DNA from: Desulfurococcaceae archaeon
GTDB lineage: Archaea; Thermoproteota; Thermoprotei_A; Sulfolobales; Desulfurococcaceae
DNA length: 64,000 nucleotides
Reading direction: 5' to 3'
Assembly (NCBI GenBank): GCA_038888155.1
Contig: JAWAJB010000004.1
Location: 96,001 to 160,000 of the forward strand
Shown here: in pieces, positions 9,242 to 20,531 of the stretch
Numbering within the stretch: position 1 is the first letter of the stretch
Layout of the letters: the number at the start of each line of letters is the position of its first letter
Made by a program: the position numbers and the translations under genes
The notes under the pieces: generated by a model
Seen by the model: the letters and a program-made list of their open reading frames with translations, nothing else
Database searches by the model: none
Told to the model about the DNA's origin: nothing

Positions 9242-9566
9242 CTTTATCTGCGTGCATCTGGCTATCAAGAACGTCTATTAGTTCTTTCAGAATAGTAGAT
9301 ATGTAGGGCAGGCTGACCAGTAAAGCTGTCCTATAATACACACTGATGTATTTCACTAGTTTATCATCCTCTTTATTTAAATCAATGATGCTTTTAGCGT
9401 CAAGTAGAGCTTGAAGGGCGTACGAAGTCATACTTCTAGTCAGATCTATGAACTTTGAGGCCCTCTCAAGACTCCGAGTTGATATAGCTAGCTTGCCCTC
9501 TTTAATTGTCTCCTCGCAGTCATCTACGAGTCTTTTTATAGATATTAGCGTGCTTTGGAGATCCAT
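9180..9566 (-). CDS. Hypothetical all-helical protein
   Basis: TAATG coupling to the upstream ORF; amphipathic helices. Confidence 0.65.
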   Translation of the reverse strand: MDLQSTLISIKRLVDDCEETIKEGKLAISTRSLERASKFIDLTRSMTSYALQALLDAKSIIDLNKEDDKLVKYISVYYRTALLVSLPYISTILKELIDVLDSQMHADKAREASHLLQILEEIRSTLRA

Positions 9567-9961
9567 TAAGCCCCCTTGCTTTTTCTAATCGTAGCAATAC
9601 TGTTGTCAGAAACTCCTTGCCTCTCTAAATCACCGGGGTAAACTGCAACGGCATTTTCGCCGGATTCTATAACCTCAGCCTTTAAGATTGTCTTCTTCTT
9701 TCCTGCAACAACTACCTCAACAACGTCGCCATTTCTTACTCCAAGCTCCTTTGCAACTTGCGAGGGAACTCTTGCAATAGGTCTATCTAAGCTCCTATCA
9801 AAGCGTATCCTGATCCTCTTCTCCGAAATAACTTTCTTTTCGCCTCTCAGCTCAGAAACAGGAGGAATTATTGATATGAGCTTGGAGATATCCAACTTGG
9901 ATTTCTCGGATCCTGCAGCTTGCTCTGGGATCTCTTCGTCTCTCTGAGACATAGAGTGCAA
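9566..9961 (-). CDS. Small hypothetical protein with double-psi beta-barrel-like repeats
   Basis: ARVPSQVAKELGVRNGDVVEV and VAVYPGDLERQGVSDNSIATI resemble the two DPBB half-repeats. Confidence 0.65.
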   Translation of the reverse strand: MHSMSQRDEEIPEQAAGSEKSKLDISKLISIIPPVSELRGEKKVISEKRIRIRFDRSLDRPIARVPSQVAKELGVRNGDVVEVVVAGKKKTILKAEVIESGENAVAVYPGDLERQGVSDNSIATIRKSKGA

Positions 9962-10001
9962 CCTTGAAAGTAGCCTTCAAGGATAAAAATATCCGTAGAG
10001 G

Positions 10002-11804
10002 CTAATATATAATAGCCACGTTCCCTATGTGGCTCATCAAAAATGCCTCCAGTTCGCTTGTTTTAACTCTAATTTGCTGGGTGGTATTTCTATCCCTAAC
10101 GGTAACAGTGCTGTCCTCCAGCGTCTGATGATCAACTGTTATGGCAAATGGTACACCTATCTCGTCAGCCCTTGCATATCTCCTGCCAATGCTTCCTTCC
10201 TCATCGTAGAACACCCTGAAACCACACTTTAAGAGCCCCCTGTATATTTCCCTCGATATGCTGACCATTTTTTGATGCTCGGGCTTTTTCCCGACAAGTA
10301 GCGGGAAGACTGCTGCATGATATGGTGCAATGTAAGGAGGTACCTTTAGCACTGATTTGCCTTCTCTCTCATCGTAAGAATGATCTAACACTACGTACAA
10401 AAGCCTCTCCAGGCCAAACGAGGGTTCAGCCACGTGAGGGTATATCTTCTTCCCATATAGCTTGGTTTCCTCCTTCCTTACAAAGAAACACTCAGATGGA
10501 AGATTAATCCCCATGACAGCTACATAGCCTCGTGACTCTAGCTCTTTGTATAGGTCCTCAGGGGAGCGCATTGAAAGCTGTCTCATGATCTCAGCTAGTT
10601 TCTCAGAGCCTACGTTTCTCTCTATGAGGGTGGGGTTTGGGTAAGCCCTCTCAATGTGAACTGTTAGTGGTTCATCGTATCTCTTAAAGTAGGTATAATC
10701 CCCTTCGCTATACTTTGCGTGCTGTTCAAGATCATAGCTTGTCCTGTAGGCATAGCCAGCAATCTCTATCCAGCCGAACCTAGAAGTATATACCTCTTGA
10801 TCAAAAGTTTGCATTGAGTAGTGAGCTCGCTCGTGCGGAAACTTCTCTACAAACCTAATCTTATCATCTTGTATACCCAGGCTCTTTATGAATTTATTCC
10901 CTACTCCCATCCAGTATGCTAGCCAAGGAGTTTTCACTAACTTGTTTTCAATGAGCTCTTTGACCGCGAGGACTTGTGGCTCTTCAATTTTCTTGACCCT
11001 CGATCCTGCGAATATTACCCTCAGTTTCTCCTCTGCCACATCGCTAAGCACTTCTTGGATCTCCTTCTCTGCTTCCTCTGGATCAAAAAAGAACTCAAGC
11101 TCCATTATATTGAATTCCCTTAAGCGCAACAAACCCTGCCTTGGGGAGATCTCGTTTCTAGCGACTTTGCCGACTTGAGCTACCCCTACCGGTAGCTTAT
11201 TCCTTGAAAACCTTAACACGCTCTGAAAGTTTATGAACATGCCTTGAGCGTGCTCGGGCCTCAGGTAGGCTCGGTCGCCCCTGTAAGGGCCGATCTCGGT
11301 AATGAATAGGAGCTGGGTGTAAAACGCTGGATTGAAGTCTCCTCCGCACTCAGGGCACTTTAAGTTATGCTCTTTAATGGTTCTATCAATTTCGCTTAGG
11401 TTTAGGCCTTCTACGTTTATGCCAATCACATCTTTTATGAGATGATCGGCCCTATAAATCTTATGACACTTTGAGCACTCGATTATGGGATCAGTAAAGT
11501 GTTCTTCGTGACCGCTGGCTTTGAAAACTATGCTTGGGTTTATCAATGGTGTCTCAATTTCAATGACTTGTGCCTGCGTATAGACAAAATACCTCAACCA
11601 AAGGTTCATGATATTTCTCTTAAGTAAAACCCCTACAGGCCCAAAGTCGTAAAACCCTGCTATACCTCCGTAGGCTTCAAAAGATGGCCAAAACAACCCC
11701 CTCTTCTTTGCCAAATCCATTATCTTCTCGTACTTATTTTGCATATTTGTTTCACTCTGATCCTTCAAGTCAATGACCCTTGGTTTGCTCATTAAACAAA
11801 GCAA
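10002..11804 (-). CDS. glyS: Glycine--tRNA ligase (alpha2 type)
   Basis: YDFGPVG, YLRPEHAQG, RNEISPRQGLLRLREF, EPSFGLER, SIGRRYARADEIG. Confidence 0.97.
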   Translation of the reverse strand: MLCLMSKPRVIDLKDQSETNMQNKYEKIMDLAKKRGLFWPSFEAYGGIAGFYDFGPVGVLLKRNIMNLWLRYFVYTQAQVIEIETPLINPSIVFKASGHEEHFTDPIIECSKCHKIYRADHLIKDVIGINVEGLNLSEIDRTIKEHNLKCPECGGDFNPAFYTQLLFITEIGPYRGDRAYLRPEHAQGMFINFQSVLRFSRNKLPVGVAQVGKVARNEISPRQGLLRLREFNIMELEFFFDPEEAEKEIQEVLSDVAEEKLRVIFAGSRVKKIEEPQVLAVKELIENKLVKTPWLAYWMGVGNKFIKSLGIQDDKIRFVEKFPHERAHYSMQTFDQEVYTSRFGWIEIAGYAYRTSYDLEQHAKYSEGDYTYFKRYDEPLTVHIERAYPNPTLIERNVGSEKLAEIMRQLSMRSPEDLYKELESRGYVAVMGINLPSECFFVRKEETKLYGKKIYPHVAEPSFGLERLLYVVLDHSYDEREGKSVLKVPPYIAPYHAAVFPLLVGKKPEHQKMVSISREIYRGLLKCGFRVFYDEEGSIGRRYARADEIGVPFAITVDHQTLEDSTVTVRDRNTTQQIRVKTSELEAFLMSHIGNVAIIY

Positions 11805-11871
11805 TATAATTGGGGCGTTAAATAAGTTAAAACTACAGCCGCTTAATTGTTAGGGTGTAGGTGTTTGCTCT

Positions 11872-12735
11872 ATGGCTTGGAAAACGTTGCTCTTAAGCCA
11901 GTCTTTTGGCTGTACTGAGGGCAGGGATTCCCCTGTAGCTGTGATTGGCATTCCACTAGATTACACGAACACCTATAGACCGGGAAGTAGGTTCGCCCCA
12001 CAGAAGATGCGGGAAGCAGCTTGCAACTTAGAGCTATACAGCTTGTGGGAAGACTTTCCATTAGAGGAGATTGGGTTTAAAGACTACGGCGATATCCTTT
12101 TGCCCTCAGGAGATGTCGTAAAAGCCCTTGAGAGAATAGAGTTCGTTCTACAAAATTTAAGGCAGGAGCACAACGGCTTTATTGTTTTGCTGGGAGGAGA
12201 GCACTTAGTTACATATCCAGCAGTAAGAGCTTTAAAGGACGAGATAGATACGCTCGTGGTTTTCGATGCGCATTTAGACCTTAGGAGCGAGTACTTAGGC
12301 TCTACGTTAAACCACGCTACTTTTCTACGGAAAATCGCGGAAGACAACATAAATATACTGCACATAGGTTCTAGGGCTTACAGCAAGGAAGAGCTCGAAT
12401 ACGCTAATAAAGCCAACATTAAATTGATTAAAGCCCGAGAGGCTAGCCCTCACAGTATAGACCTGGAAGAGCTTGAGCGCGTGTACATAAGTCTCGATAT
12501 GGACGTATTTGATCCTTCTATTGCACCTGGCGTATCTAACCCAGAGCCATTCGGGTTAAGCCACTTCGCTGTGGTTTCTATACTTAAGGAAGTGTTCAGT
12601 AAATCAAGCAAGGTAGTTGCCTTCGACTTAGTGGAGTTAAATCCCCTAGTAGACTACAGCGACATAACAAGTATCCTCGCTGCCAAGTTCATAATAGAAG
12701 TTGGAGGCCTTCTCTTGAAGAAAGGCCGTAATTGA
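11872..12735 (+). CDS. speB: Agmatinase / ureohydrolase family
   Basis: RPGSRFAP, GGEHL, DAHLD, SLDMDVFDP, VELNP. Confidence 0.9.
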   Translation: MAWKTLLLSQSFGCTEGRDSPVAVIGIPLDYTNTYRPGSRFAPQKMREAACNLELYSLWEDFPLEEIGFKDYGDILLPSGDVVKALERIEFVLQNLRQEHNGFIVLLGGEHLVTYPAVRALKDEIDTLVVFDAHLDLRSEYLGSTLNHATFLRKIAEDNINILHIGSRAYSKEELEYANKANIKLIKAREASPHSIDLEELERVYISLDMDVFDPSIAPGVSNPEPFGLSHFAVVSILKEVFSKSSKVVAFDLVELNPLVDYSDITSILAAKFIIEVGGLLLKKGRN

Positions 12736-12838
12736 GAAGTCCTGGACAAAGGATAAAAGAACCGCTTGAGGGTTTTAATGTATATTAAGGAGAGGCGAGG
12801 AATAGAGAGCAACATGCCGAGTATCTAAAGCAGAGGAA

Positions 12839-12988
12839 TTATACAGCTCTTATAATTCTATACGTTCTAGCTACTTTGTAGACAATTTCGTACGTGCACT
12901 TGGGGCACCTTACTTGCCTGCCATAAGTTCTGACCATTTCTTCGGAGTCAAAAACGTATCCGCACCTGCCGCATTTGTACTTTGCCAT
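12839..12988 (-). CDS. rpoP: RNA polymerase subunit P (Rpo12)
   Basis: MAKYKCGRCG...VRCPKCTYEIVYK Zn ribbon; ATG at 12988. Confidence 0.88.
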   Translation of the reverse strand: MAKYKCGRCGYVFDSEEMVRTYGRQVRCPKCTYEIVYKVARTYRIIRAV

Positions 12989-13095
12989 AACGACTTCCCC
13001 TAAGCAAATAACTCTCTCTCCATTTATCAATATAAATCAGGTTTTTAAGTCTTTAGTAGTAATTAGTATTGATAAGCTCGGTGATGTAAAGAAAC

Positions 13096-13407
13096 ATGTC
13101 TAGCCTAGAGTGCGGAGGTTTGCCCACAGAGATATGTGAAAGGTTAATAGTGGATCAACCGTTAATAAAAATACGGCTGGATACTAGAAAGTTCGGGAAG
13201 GCTGTCACTGTAGTTGATGGGCTACCAAACGATAAAGATCTCCTAAAGCATATAGCTAGGTATTTTAAAACTAAGCTCGCTACAGGCGGCACATATAGAG
13301 AGGAAGAGGGCAGAATAGAGCTTCAGGGTGATCAGAGGCAAAGAGTGAAGCAAATTCTCGTAGAGGAACTAGGCCTATCCCCAGAGAACATTATTGTAAC
13401 GAGCTGA
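13096..13407 (+). CDS. Translation initiation factor aIF1 (SUI1)
   Basis: RKFGKAVTVVDGL, KTKLATGGT, IELQGD; GGTGA SD. Confidence 0.93.
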   Translation: MSSLECGGLPTEICERLIVDQPLIKIRLDTRKFGKAVTVVDGLPNDKDLLKHIARYFKTKLATGGTYREEEGRIELQGDQRQRVKQILVEELGLSPENIIVTS

Positions 13408-13434
13408 AATTTACTTGAAGGATTCCCCAAGGGA

Positions 13435-13469
13435 CAGAACAACCTAGGAGCAAAAAGAGAGTTGTTCTG
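13435..13469. terminator. 9-bp perfect inverted repeat between convergent aIF1 and tfb
   Basis: CAGAACAAC (13435-13443) / GTTGTTCTG (13461-13469), followed by T-rich tracts. Confidence 0.4.
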
Positions 13470-13510
13470 AATTTTCCTTTAATTTTTATTCCCTACAATT
13501 TTTAGTATCC

Positions 13511-14479
13511 CTATTCCTCAACCTCCATGCTAAGGGCCTTCATTAACTCCTTGCATCTATTTCTCACAGTAACCTCGGTTACTCCGGCTACATTAGCTAT
13601 TTCTTTCTGAGATCTTTCCTCGCCCAGTTTTTCACAAGCTAGGTATATAGCTGCTGCCGCGAGCCCGACTGGATCTTTTCCGCCCAGTACTCCTCCCTCC
13701 CTAGCCTTGTTGAGGATCTCAATAGCAATTCTCACCACGGAGCCCGATAGCCCGAGGGCATGAGCGATTCTGGGAACGAAGTCAGCTGGATCGCTAGTCG
13801 CCACCTTTATTCTGAGCTCTCTCAGTAAGAGTCTATAGCACCTAGCTATCTCTTTTCTACTAACCCTAGAGTACTCCTCTATTTCATCGAGTGTTCTCGG
13901 GAGCTTTCTCATTCTACACGCAAGGTAAACTGCAGCAGCGATAACGCTTTCAATGCTCCTTCCCCGAACCAGCCCTTTTTCAACAGCTTCACGGTAGATC
14001 TTTGCTACTTCCTCTCTTATATATGACGGCAAGTTGAGCAGATCCGCCAATCTATCTAACTCGTTCATGGCTTGCGCGAGATTTCTCTCAACGCTAGTTA
14101 GAATTCTAGTGCGGGCCTGCCACTTCCTAAGTTTATAGAGCTGGTATTTTTTGTTCACTAGAGTGCGGCCGGCTGCATCTCTATCGGCGTAGTCTATAGC
14201 TGTAGTAAAGCCCATGTCGTGGACAGTTGGTGTAATGGGCCCCCCTGTTCTCGCCCGTTTCTCCCTCTCCTCTGGCGTGAAAGCTCTCCACTCAGCTCTA
14301 TCGTCAATTACTCTATCCTCAATAACTTCGCCTGTGTCCGAGCAAATGTACTCTGCCCTGGATACATCGTAAATTACTTTCTCGGAGGGACAGGGAGGTT
14401 TTTTAGGCGGTTGTTTATTTGAGGGCTCTTGCGAGGATTGAGAAGAAGCATTATTTGAAGACTCATTTTCAGGAGACAT
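13511..14479 (-). CDS. tfb: Transcription initiation factor TFB
   Basis: EWRAF B-reader, cyclin repeats GRSIES and VTEVTVRNR; start ATG 14479 (track gives 14497). Confidence 0.96.
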   Translation of the reverse strand: MSPENESSNNASSQSSQEPSNKQPPKKPPCPSEKVIYDVSRAEYICSDTGEVIEDRVIDDRAEWRAFTPEEREKRARTGGPITPTVHDMGFTTAIDYADRDAAGRTLVNKKYQLYKLRKWQARTRILTSVERNLAQAMNELDRLADLLNLPSYIREEVAKIYREAVEKGLVRGRSIESVIAAAVYLACRMRKLPRTLDEIEEYSRVSRKEIARCYRLLLRELRIKVATSDPADFVPRIAHALGLSGSVVRIAIEILNKAREGGVLGGKDPVGLAAAAIYLACEKLGEERSQKEIANVAGVTEVTVRNRCKELMKALSMEVEE

Positions 14480-14518
14480 AGAAACCCCCCAGAGCACATT
14501 TAAATGCCACTAAACACC

Positions 14519-14526
14519 CTTATAAA
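14519..14526 (-). promoter_or_regulatory. TATA box TTTATAAG upstream of tfb
   Basis: The same octamer recurs upstream of tuf, rpl7ae, rps15, psmA and fusA. Confidence 0.6.
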
Positions 14527-14629
14527 CTTTACGCAAAATTTAAAAACCACCTAATTGAATATCCTTTTAAATCCTGAAGTCAGTTCTGTGTAAAAATTAA
14601 TAAGCCCAGTACAGAAAATTCACATAGAT

Positions 14630-14714
14630 AGCCGGGTCGTCTAGCGGCCAAGGATGCGGGGCTTTGGCCATTGGGAGAAACCCCGCGACCGGGGTTCGAA
14701 TCCCCGCCCGGCTA
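14630..14714 (+). tRNA. tRNA-Gln(TTG) with 12-nt intron 14668-14679
   Basis: A1-U72 acceptor AGCCGGG/CCCGGCT; anticodon TTG 14664-14666; BHB pairing CUUU/GGAG; T-loop TTCGAAT. Confidence 0.92.
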
Positions 14715-14746
14715 TATTTTGTTTTGGCGCTCTTGTTCCACTAGCA

Positions 14747-15316
14747 CTATCTCAGAAGAGCTCGAGATATACTTGAAGCAATCTTATCGGCTAATCTCAA
14801 AGGCTCTGGAAGCGGGCTATATATGCAGGTGCCGTGTATTACCTTGATTGCTTCGCTAGGGCTAACTCCATGCGTGTACAACTTAATTGTTCTCCAGGGG
14901 GTCTCAACCGGGATCATCTTACTATATATTTCCCTTATTGTGTTATACCTACTTTGCCAATTATAGAAGTGCTTCCTCAATGCACACTCTATTCTCTCAA
15001 GATCTAATGGGTACATCTGAACAATAATCACACCTTTGCCAGTAGAAGCGTACAAGTAGAGAGGGTCAATAACGTCAAACCCTGCATAAGTTATTCCGTC
15101 TAGCACCAACAAGCTCCCGCTCATAGCTTTGGATATCTCCGAGATAGCTACAGTCGTGGTATTCATATCTACCTTAACGAGGCTCCACGCTACTTTAGAT
15201 GGATAAAAGATGTCTCTAACTTCTACTCCAACAATATAAGTTGATCCTCTGCCGCCCTTATACGCTACGGGGAAGTAGCCATCGTCATATGCCTCTATTA
15301 CTGGAGCGTTATACAA
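14747..15316 (-). CDS. DUF99 (UPF0215) endonuclease V-like protein
   Basis: AYDDGYF, LDGITYAGFDVID, PEPLRLADKIA. Confidence 0.8.
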   Translation of the reverse strand: MYNAPVIEAYDDGYFPVAYKGGRGSTYIVGVEVRDIFYPSKVAWSLVKVDMNTTTVAISEISKAMSGSLLVLDGITYAGFDVIDPLYLYASTGKGVIIVQMYPLDLERIECALRKHFYNWQSRYNTIREIYSKMIPVETPWRTIKLYTHGVSPSEAIKVIHGTCIYSPLPEPLRLADKIASSISRALLR

Positions 15317-16502
15317 GCTCTTTTAGCGCCTCTAGTGCGACCTTTATAACTTCGCCTTTAACTTTCATCAACTTAGTTAGTCCGTGTTTACCCAAGCTTT
15401 TAACCTCTGCTGTTAAAATCCCCATCATGTCTAGCTGGGATATGACTTGGCTTATGCTCCTCATCGACAGCGGCTCCAGCCCGCGCTTCTTAGCCTCTTC
15501 TACATAAAGAGAGTAAGCTTCACCCGTTGTAGCGTATCCCTTTCTCGATATAATGTCTAGGATAGCTTTCAATACCAACTTCTGGTGTAAGGGCAGAGAG
15601 ACTATGGTCTGGTACATCCTACCCTCTTCAATCTCGATTAGTGCCTTCTTCACGTGTTCAATAGTTACTTTTCCGGCGTTTTCCCTCTCTGCAACTTCAC
15701 CTGAGACCCTTAATAGGTCCAGCGCCCTCCTTGCGTCTCCGTGTTCCCTCGCAGCTAGAGCAGCACAGTAGGAGACAACGCTTTCCTCTATTACTCCTGG
15801 TTTAAAGGCCTTTTCTGCTCTCTGTCTCAAAATAGTATTTAGTTGGTCTGCATTGTATGGGGGAAAAACAATTTCCTCTTCACCAAGGCTGGATCTAACT
15901 CGCGGATCAAGGCTCTCAACAAAGTGCAGGTTATTGGTTATCCCTATAATGGATAATTTAGCCCGCGAGAGGTCCTCGTTTGACCTCAAGAGCTTATATA
16001 ATATATCATCTCCGTGCCTCCGAACAAAATAATCAATTTCGTCGAGTACTACTATGTGAAGGCCTGCCCAGCTATCTAGGGCATTAATGTACTTCCTATA
16101 AACTTCACTCAAAGCTAGCCCAGTGTATGGCACTCTAAGTCCTAGGCTAGACGCTACAGAGGCAAGTACTTTATACGGCGTGTCGACTTTTCTCGTGTTA
16201 ACGTAGGCGTAGCCCAGCCTAGTTCCAAGCGATGGGGCTTTGTCGACTAGCTTCTTTACTACGTACTTAGCAACTACAGTTTTACCTGTGCCTGTAAATC
16301 CATAGAGAAAGACATTGCTTGGCCTCTCGCCTTTAGAGGACACCACGAGTATTTCTGCTAATTTGACTATTTCTTTCTCTCTATGAGGTAGAGTGTCTGG
16401 TACGTAGTCTGGGTGCAGCACTTCCCTATTATCAAATATCCTAGATGATAGTCCACGCTTCCTAATAATGTCATCAATTATGTCCACGCTAGACATAAGC
16501 AA
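15309..16502 (-). CDS. cdc6: Orc1/Cdc6 replication initiator
   Basis: YVPDTLPHRE, GFTGTGKT, VLDEID, FPPYNADQL, HGDARRALDLLR, C-terminal winged helix. Confidence 0.96.
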   Translation of the reverse strand: MLMSSVDIIDDIIRKRGLSSRIFDNREVLHPDYVPDTLPHREKEIVKLAEILVVSSKGERPSNVFLYGFTGTGKTVVAKYVVKKLVDKAPSLGTRLGYAYVNTRKVDTPYKVLASVASSLGLRVPYTGLALSEVYRKYINALDSWAGLHIVVLDEIDYFVRRHGDDILYKLLRSNEDLSRAKLSIIGITNNLHFVESLDPRVRSSLGEEEIVFPPYNADQLNTILRQRAEKAFKPGVIEESVVSYCAALAAREHGDARRALDLLRVSGEVAERENAGKVTIEHVKKALIEIEEGRMYQTIVSLPLHQKLVLKAILDIISRKGYATTGEAYSLYVEEAKKRGLEPLSMRSISQVISQLDMMGILTAEVKSLGKHGLTKLMKVKGEVIKVALEALKELV

Positions 16503-16632
16503 ACACCACTAAATATAATAAGTCGAGTCAACGCGCTGAAAGATGCAATAAATGGGTCTGCCAAAACCCACTTTAATTATAGCTAAACAAAAATACTTTT
16601 TAAGGACAAAACCTGTGAGTTGATTAATGAAA

Positions 16633-16720
<88 letters not shown>

Positions 16721-16793
16721 CTAGAACCTCGTTTAGACTGTATAAAAGCCCCTGTTGCTTTAAGGTATTAAGCTGGAATGTTTAGAAGAGGCA

Positions 16794-17060
16794 GTGGTTG
16801 TTATGTCCAAGGACTCAAATATCCTTGAACACGAGCTAGTACCAAAACACGAGGTAGTTCCGCCTGAGGAGGCAGTTCAGCTGTTAAAGAGGCTGGGAAT
16901 CGAGCCGTGGCAGTTACCCTGGATATCTGCAGATGACCCAGTTATAAAGGCGATTGGCGCAAAACCTGGGGATATAATAAGGATTATAAGAAAAAGTGCA
17001 ACAGCAGGAGTTTTTATTGCTTATAGATATGTTGTTGTAGAGGTGACTAAGAAGTCTTGA
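16794..17060 (+). CDS. rpoH: RNA polymerase subunit H (Rpo5)
   Basis: [29 protein letters not shown]; likely start ATG 16803. Confidence 0.97.
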   Translation: MVVMSKDSNILEHELVPKHEVVPPEEAVQLLKRLGIEPWQLPWISADDPVIKAIGAKPGDIIRIIRKSATAGVFIAYRYVVVEVTKKS

Positions 17061-20000
17061 TTTCATCTCTCTCAAACGAAGACCTTTGGTTGGTCGCAAA
17101 GAAATACTTCGAGGAAAAAGGTCTCGTACGGCAACACCTAGATAGCTACAACAGGTTTATCAGGGAGATCTTGCCGCAGATAATAGAGGAATTCAGCGTT
17201 GTGCCAATCACTGACACTATTAAGCTTTACATTGAGAAGCCGAGGATAGGGAAACCCCAGTGGATAGATATCGATGGAACTGCAAACTACAAGACTCCCT
17301 TGGAGTGCAGAATTAGGAACCTTACCTATATGTCGCCGCTTTACGTCACTATTAGGATAGAGGGAGATGGATTCTACAGGGAGATGGACTTAAAGCTCAT
17401 GGATTTACCCGTCATGTTGAAGTCAGAAATAGACATGTTGAGCACAGCGACTCCCCAAGAGCTTGTCGAGCACGGCGAAGACCCTCAAGATCCAGGGGGA
17501 TACTTCATTATTAACGGTAGCGAAAAAGTGCTCGTTGCCCAAGAAGATCTAGCGAGTAACACTATTCTACTAGACTATGGACAGGAAGGCACTGGTATAA
17601 CGCACACAGCTAAAGTGATTAGTGCGGCCAAGGGAAGGAGGTCACAACTAATAGTAGATCGAAGGAGGGATGGACTATTTTACGCTAATGTTCAAGGCCA
17701 TAGAATACCTGTAGTTGTATTGATGGTTGCTCTCGGCCTAGATACCAAGGAAATCCTCTACGCAGTAAGCCCAGACCCAACCTACCACGAGTTTATACTT
17801 CCATCAATACTTCAGGCAGAACAGCTGTTCCCAAGGCTCGAAATCCCGCAGAACCTATCCGAAGAGAGAATCCGAGAATATATTGAAAAGTACAGAAGAA
17901 AAATCGCAGAAGAAGCGCTAGATTACATAGGCTCTCGCTTCGCTGTTGGAAGACCCAGGGAAGAGAGAATACAGAGAGCGCAGAGGGTACTCGACGAGCG
18001 GTTGCTTCCGCACATTGGAATAGACTCCACTAAGGAAACTAGAATACTTAAAGCAGTTTTCATAGGGCAGATGATTGCTAGAATTATTGAATTAATGCTA
18101 GGGCGGAGAAGTCCAGATGATAAAGATCACTACAGGAATAAGAGGCTAAAATTAGCCGGTGATCTTCTCGCTACGCTTGTGAGAATAGCTCTTGTCTCTT
18201 TTACTAGGGAGCTGCATGAGGAACTAGAGAAACAGCTCTCGAAAAGCAGAAAAGTTGAAATAAAGGCTGCTTTCAAGCACAGCATAATAACGGACAGAAT
18301 TGTACATGCAATGGCTACGGGAAACTGGCCAGGAGGTAGAACTGGGGTAAGCCAGCTATTAGATAGAACAAACATGCTGAGTACACTAAGCCACTTGAGG
18401 AGAGTTGTCTCGCCGCTAACACGTAGCCAGCCGCATTTCGAGGCGAGAGAGCTCCACGGCACTCAGTGGGGCAGGATATGCCCATTTGAAACTCCCGAAG
18501 GGGCAAATATAGGGTTAGTTAAGAACCTAGCGCTACTGACGAATGTGAGCGTTGGTATCGACGATGAAGAAGTAGAGGAATTGCTATACGATATGGGTAC
18601 GATACCTATCCTCTCAAAGAAGATTAAGGGCAAACACTACAGTGGCTACCTTGATATGATCATTAAAGAACTAGAAAGAGGCGAGCTCAGAGAGGAAGAT
18701 TACATAGGCTTGGCCAAGATATTTCTCAACGGCAAGCTAATAGGCTATCATAGTAACGGGCAAGACCTTGTCAATACGCTTAGAGATCTTAGGAGGCAGG
18801 GCAAGCTCAGTCCAGAGGTGAATGTTTCATACACTCACACAGATCACATAAATGAAGTAGTTATAAATACCGATGCTGGCCGCATAAGGAGACCGTTGAT
18901 TATTGTGGAGAACGGGATCCCCAAGTTAACAAAAGAGCATATTGCCAAATTGAGTAGAGGAGAGATCTCCTTTGATGATCTCGTCAAGATGGGAGTTATT
19001 GAGTACTTAGACCCAGACGAGGAGGAAAACGCGTACGTTGCTTTAACCCCCGAACAAATTACAGGAGAGCATACACACATTGAGATTTGGACGCCTGGAA
19101 TATTCGGCATTACAGCTTCTGTAATTCCATACGCTGAGCACAATCAGAGCCCCAGAAATATGTACGAGGCTGCTATGGCAAAGCAAGCTCTTGGCTTAAG
19201 CACGGCTAACTTCCAGCGTAGGTCTGACACTAGGGGCCACTTATTACACTACCCTCAAAAACCCCTTGTTTCTACCAAGGCAATAGACATAATTAACTAC
19301 AACAATAGGCCTTCTGGGCAGAATTTCGTAACAGCGGTTTTGACGTACACGGGCTACAACATCGAGGACGCTGTAATCCTAAACAAAAGCAGCGTTGATA
19401 GGGGAATGGCTAGGTCGACTTTCTTCAGGCTTTACACAACAGTTGAGTACAAGTACCCAGGCGGTATACAGGACGAAATAGTGAAGCCGTCTCCTAGCGT
19501 GAGAGGTTACCGGGGGCAACAAGTATATGAACTCCTTGACGACGATGGCATTATAGCGCCGGAAACGGAAGTAAACGGAGGAGATGTCTTAGTGGGCAAA
19601 GTAAGCCCTCCTAGATTCATTAGCGTGCAGGAATACGGCGTTGGGGGAATTACTAAGCAGGATACAAGTGTGGCTGTAAGGCACGGCGAAAAGGGCGTTG
19701 TTGACATCGTTGTTTTAACAATGGACGATGAAGGCAATAAACTCGTAAAGGTGAGAGTAAGAGATCCTAGGGTGCCCGAGCTGGGCGATAAGCTAGCCTC
19801 AAGGCACGGACAGAAGGGAGTCATTGGCGTATTAATACCTCAATACGATATGCCTTTCACAGAGGAAGGAGTTACACCAGATTTAATAATTAATCCACAC
19901 GCGTTTCCAAGCAGAATGACTGTAGGACACTTACTAGAGTGTATTGCAGGAAAGGCTGCAGCGCTCCGCGGGGAAAACGTTGATGCAACCCCATTCTACA

Positions 20001-20527
20001 AGGAACCTATTGAGAACATCAGGCTAGTTTTGAAGAGGTTCGGGTATCCTCCTTCAGGGGAGGAAACAATGTACGATGGAAGAACTGGCGAAATTATTGA
20101 GAACCCTGTCTTCATCGGTGTAGTTTACTACCAAAAGCTCCACCACATGGTAAGCGATAAAATACACGCTAGGGCAAGAGGACCAGTGCAGATATTGACT
20201 AGGCAGCCAACTCAGGGGCGTTCGCGCGCAGGAGGACTTAGGTGGGGTGAAATGGAAGTAGATTGCCTCATTGGACACGGCGCCTCTATGTTGCTTAGAG
20301 AAACTATGCGGGAAAGGAGCGATCAAGCGAGAGTGTACATTTGTGAGGAGTGCGGATTTATAGGACACTACGATAAGAACAAGGGTAAATTCGTTTGCCC
20401 AATTCATAAAGATAAAGTGAACTTAAAGCCAGTCGACGTTAGCTACGCGTTTAAACTACTAGTTCAGGAGCTGGTAAGCATGGGCATAAGGCCGAGGCTG
20501 GCCGTAGAAGATGTTCTGAAGGGGTGA
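17057..20527 (+). CDS. rpoB: RNA polymerase subunit B (Rpo2, unsplit)
   Basis: [36 protein letters not shown]. Confidence 0.99.
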   Translation: MISSLSNEDLWLVAKKYFEEKGLVRQHLDSYNRFIREILPQIIEEFSVVPITDTIKLYIEKPRIGKPQWIDIDGTANYKTPLECRIRNLTYMSPLYVTIRIEGDGFYREMDLKLMDLPVMLKSEIDMLSTATPQELVEHGEDPQDPGGYFIINGSEKVLVAQEDLASNTILLDYGQEGTGITHTAKVISAAKGRRSQLIVDRRRDGLFYANVQGHRIPVVVLMVALGLDTKEILYAVSPDPTYHEFILPSILQAEQLFPRLEIPQNLSEERIREYIEKYRRKIAEEALDYIGSRFAVGRPREERIQRAQRVLDERLLPHIGIDSTKETRILKAVFIGQMIARIIELMLGRRSPDDKDHYRNKRLKLAGDLLATLVRIALVSFTRELHEELEKQLSKSRKVEIKAAFKHSIITDRIVHAMATGNWPGGRTGVSQLLDRTNMLSTLSHLRRVVSPLTRSQPHFEARELHGTQWGRICPFETPEGANIGLVKNLALLTNVSVGIDDEEVEELLYDMGTIPILSKKIKGKHYSGYLDMIIKELERGELREEDYIGLAKIFLNGKLIGYHSNGQDLVNTLRDLRRQGKLSPEVNVSYTHTDHINEVVINTDAGRIRRPLIIVENGIPKLTKEHIAKLSRGEISFDDLVKMGVIEYLDPDEEENAYVALTPEQITGEHTHIEIWTPGIFGITASVIPYAEHNQSPRNMYEAAMAKQALGLSTANFQRRSDTRGHLLHYPQKPLVSTKAIDIINYNNRPSGQNFVTAVLTYTGYNIEDAVILNKSSVDRGMARSTFFRLYTTVEYKYPGGIQDEIVKPSPSVRGYRGQQVYELLDDDGIIAPETEVNGGDVLVGKVSPPRFISVQEYGVGGITKQDTSVAVRHGEKGVVDIVVLTMDDEGNKLVKVRVRDPRVPELGDKLASRHGQKGVIGVLIPQYDMPFTEEGVTPDLIINPHAFPSRMTVGHLLECIAGKAAALRGENVDATPFYKEPIENIRLVLKRFGYPPSGEETMYDGRTGEIIENPVFIGVVYYQKLHHMVSDKIHARARGPVQILTRQPTQGRSRAGGLRWGEMEVDCLIGHGASMLLRETMRERSDQARVYICEECGFIGHYDKNKGKFVCPIHKDKVNLKPVDVSYAFKLLVQELVSMGIRPRLAVEDVLKG

Positions 20528-20531
20528 GACA

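Noticed and set aside
16503-16632. Replication origin next to cdc6
   Set aside because: No ORB repeats; the 130-nt spacer is explained by divergent cdc6 and tRNA-Ala promoters.
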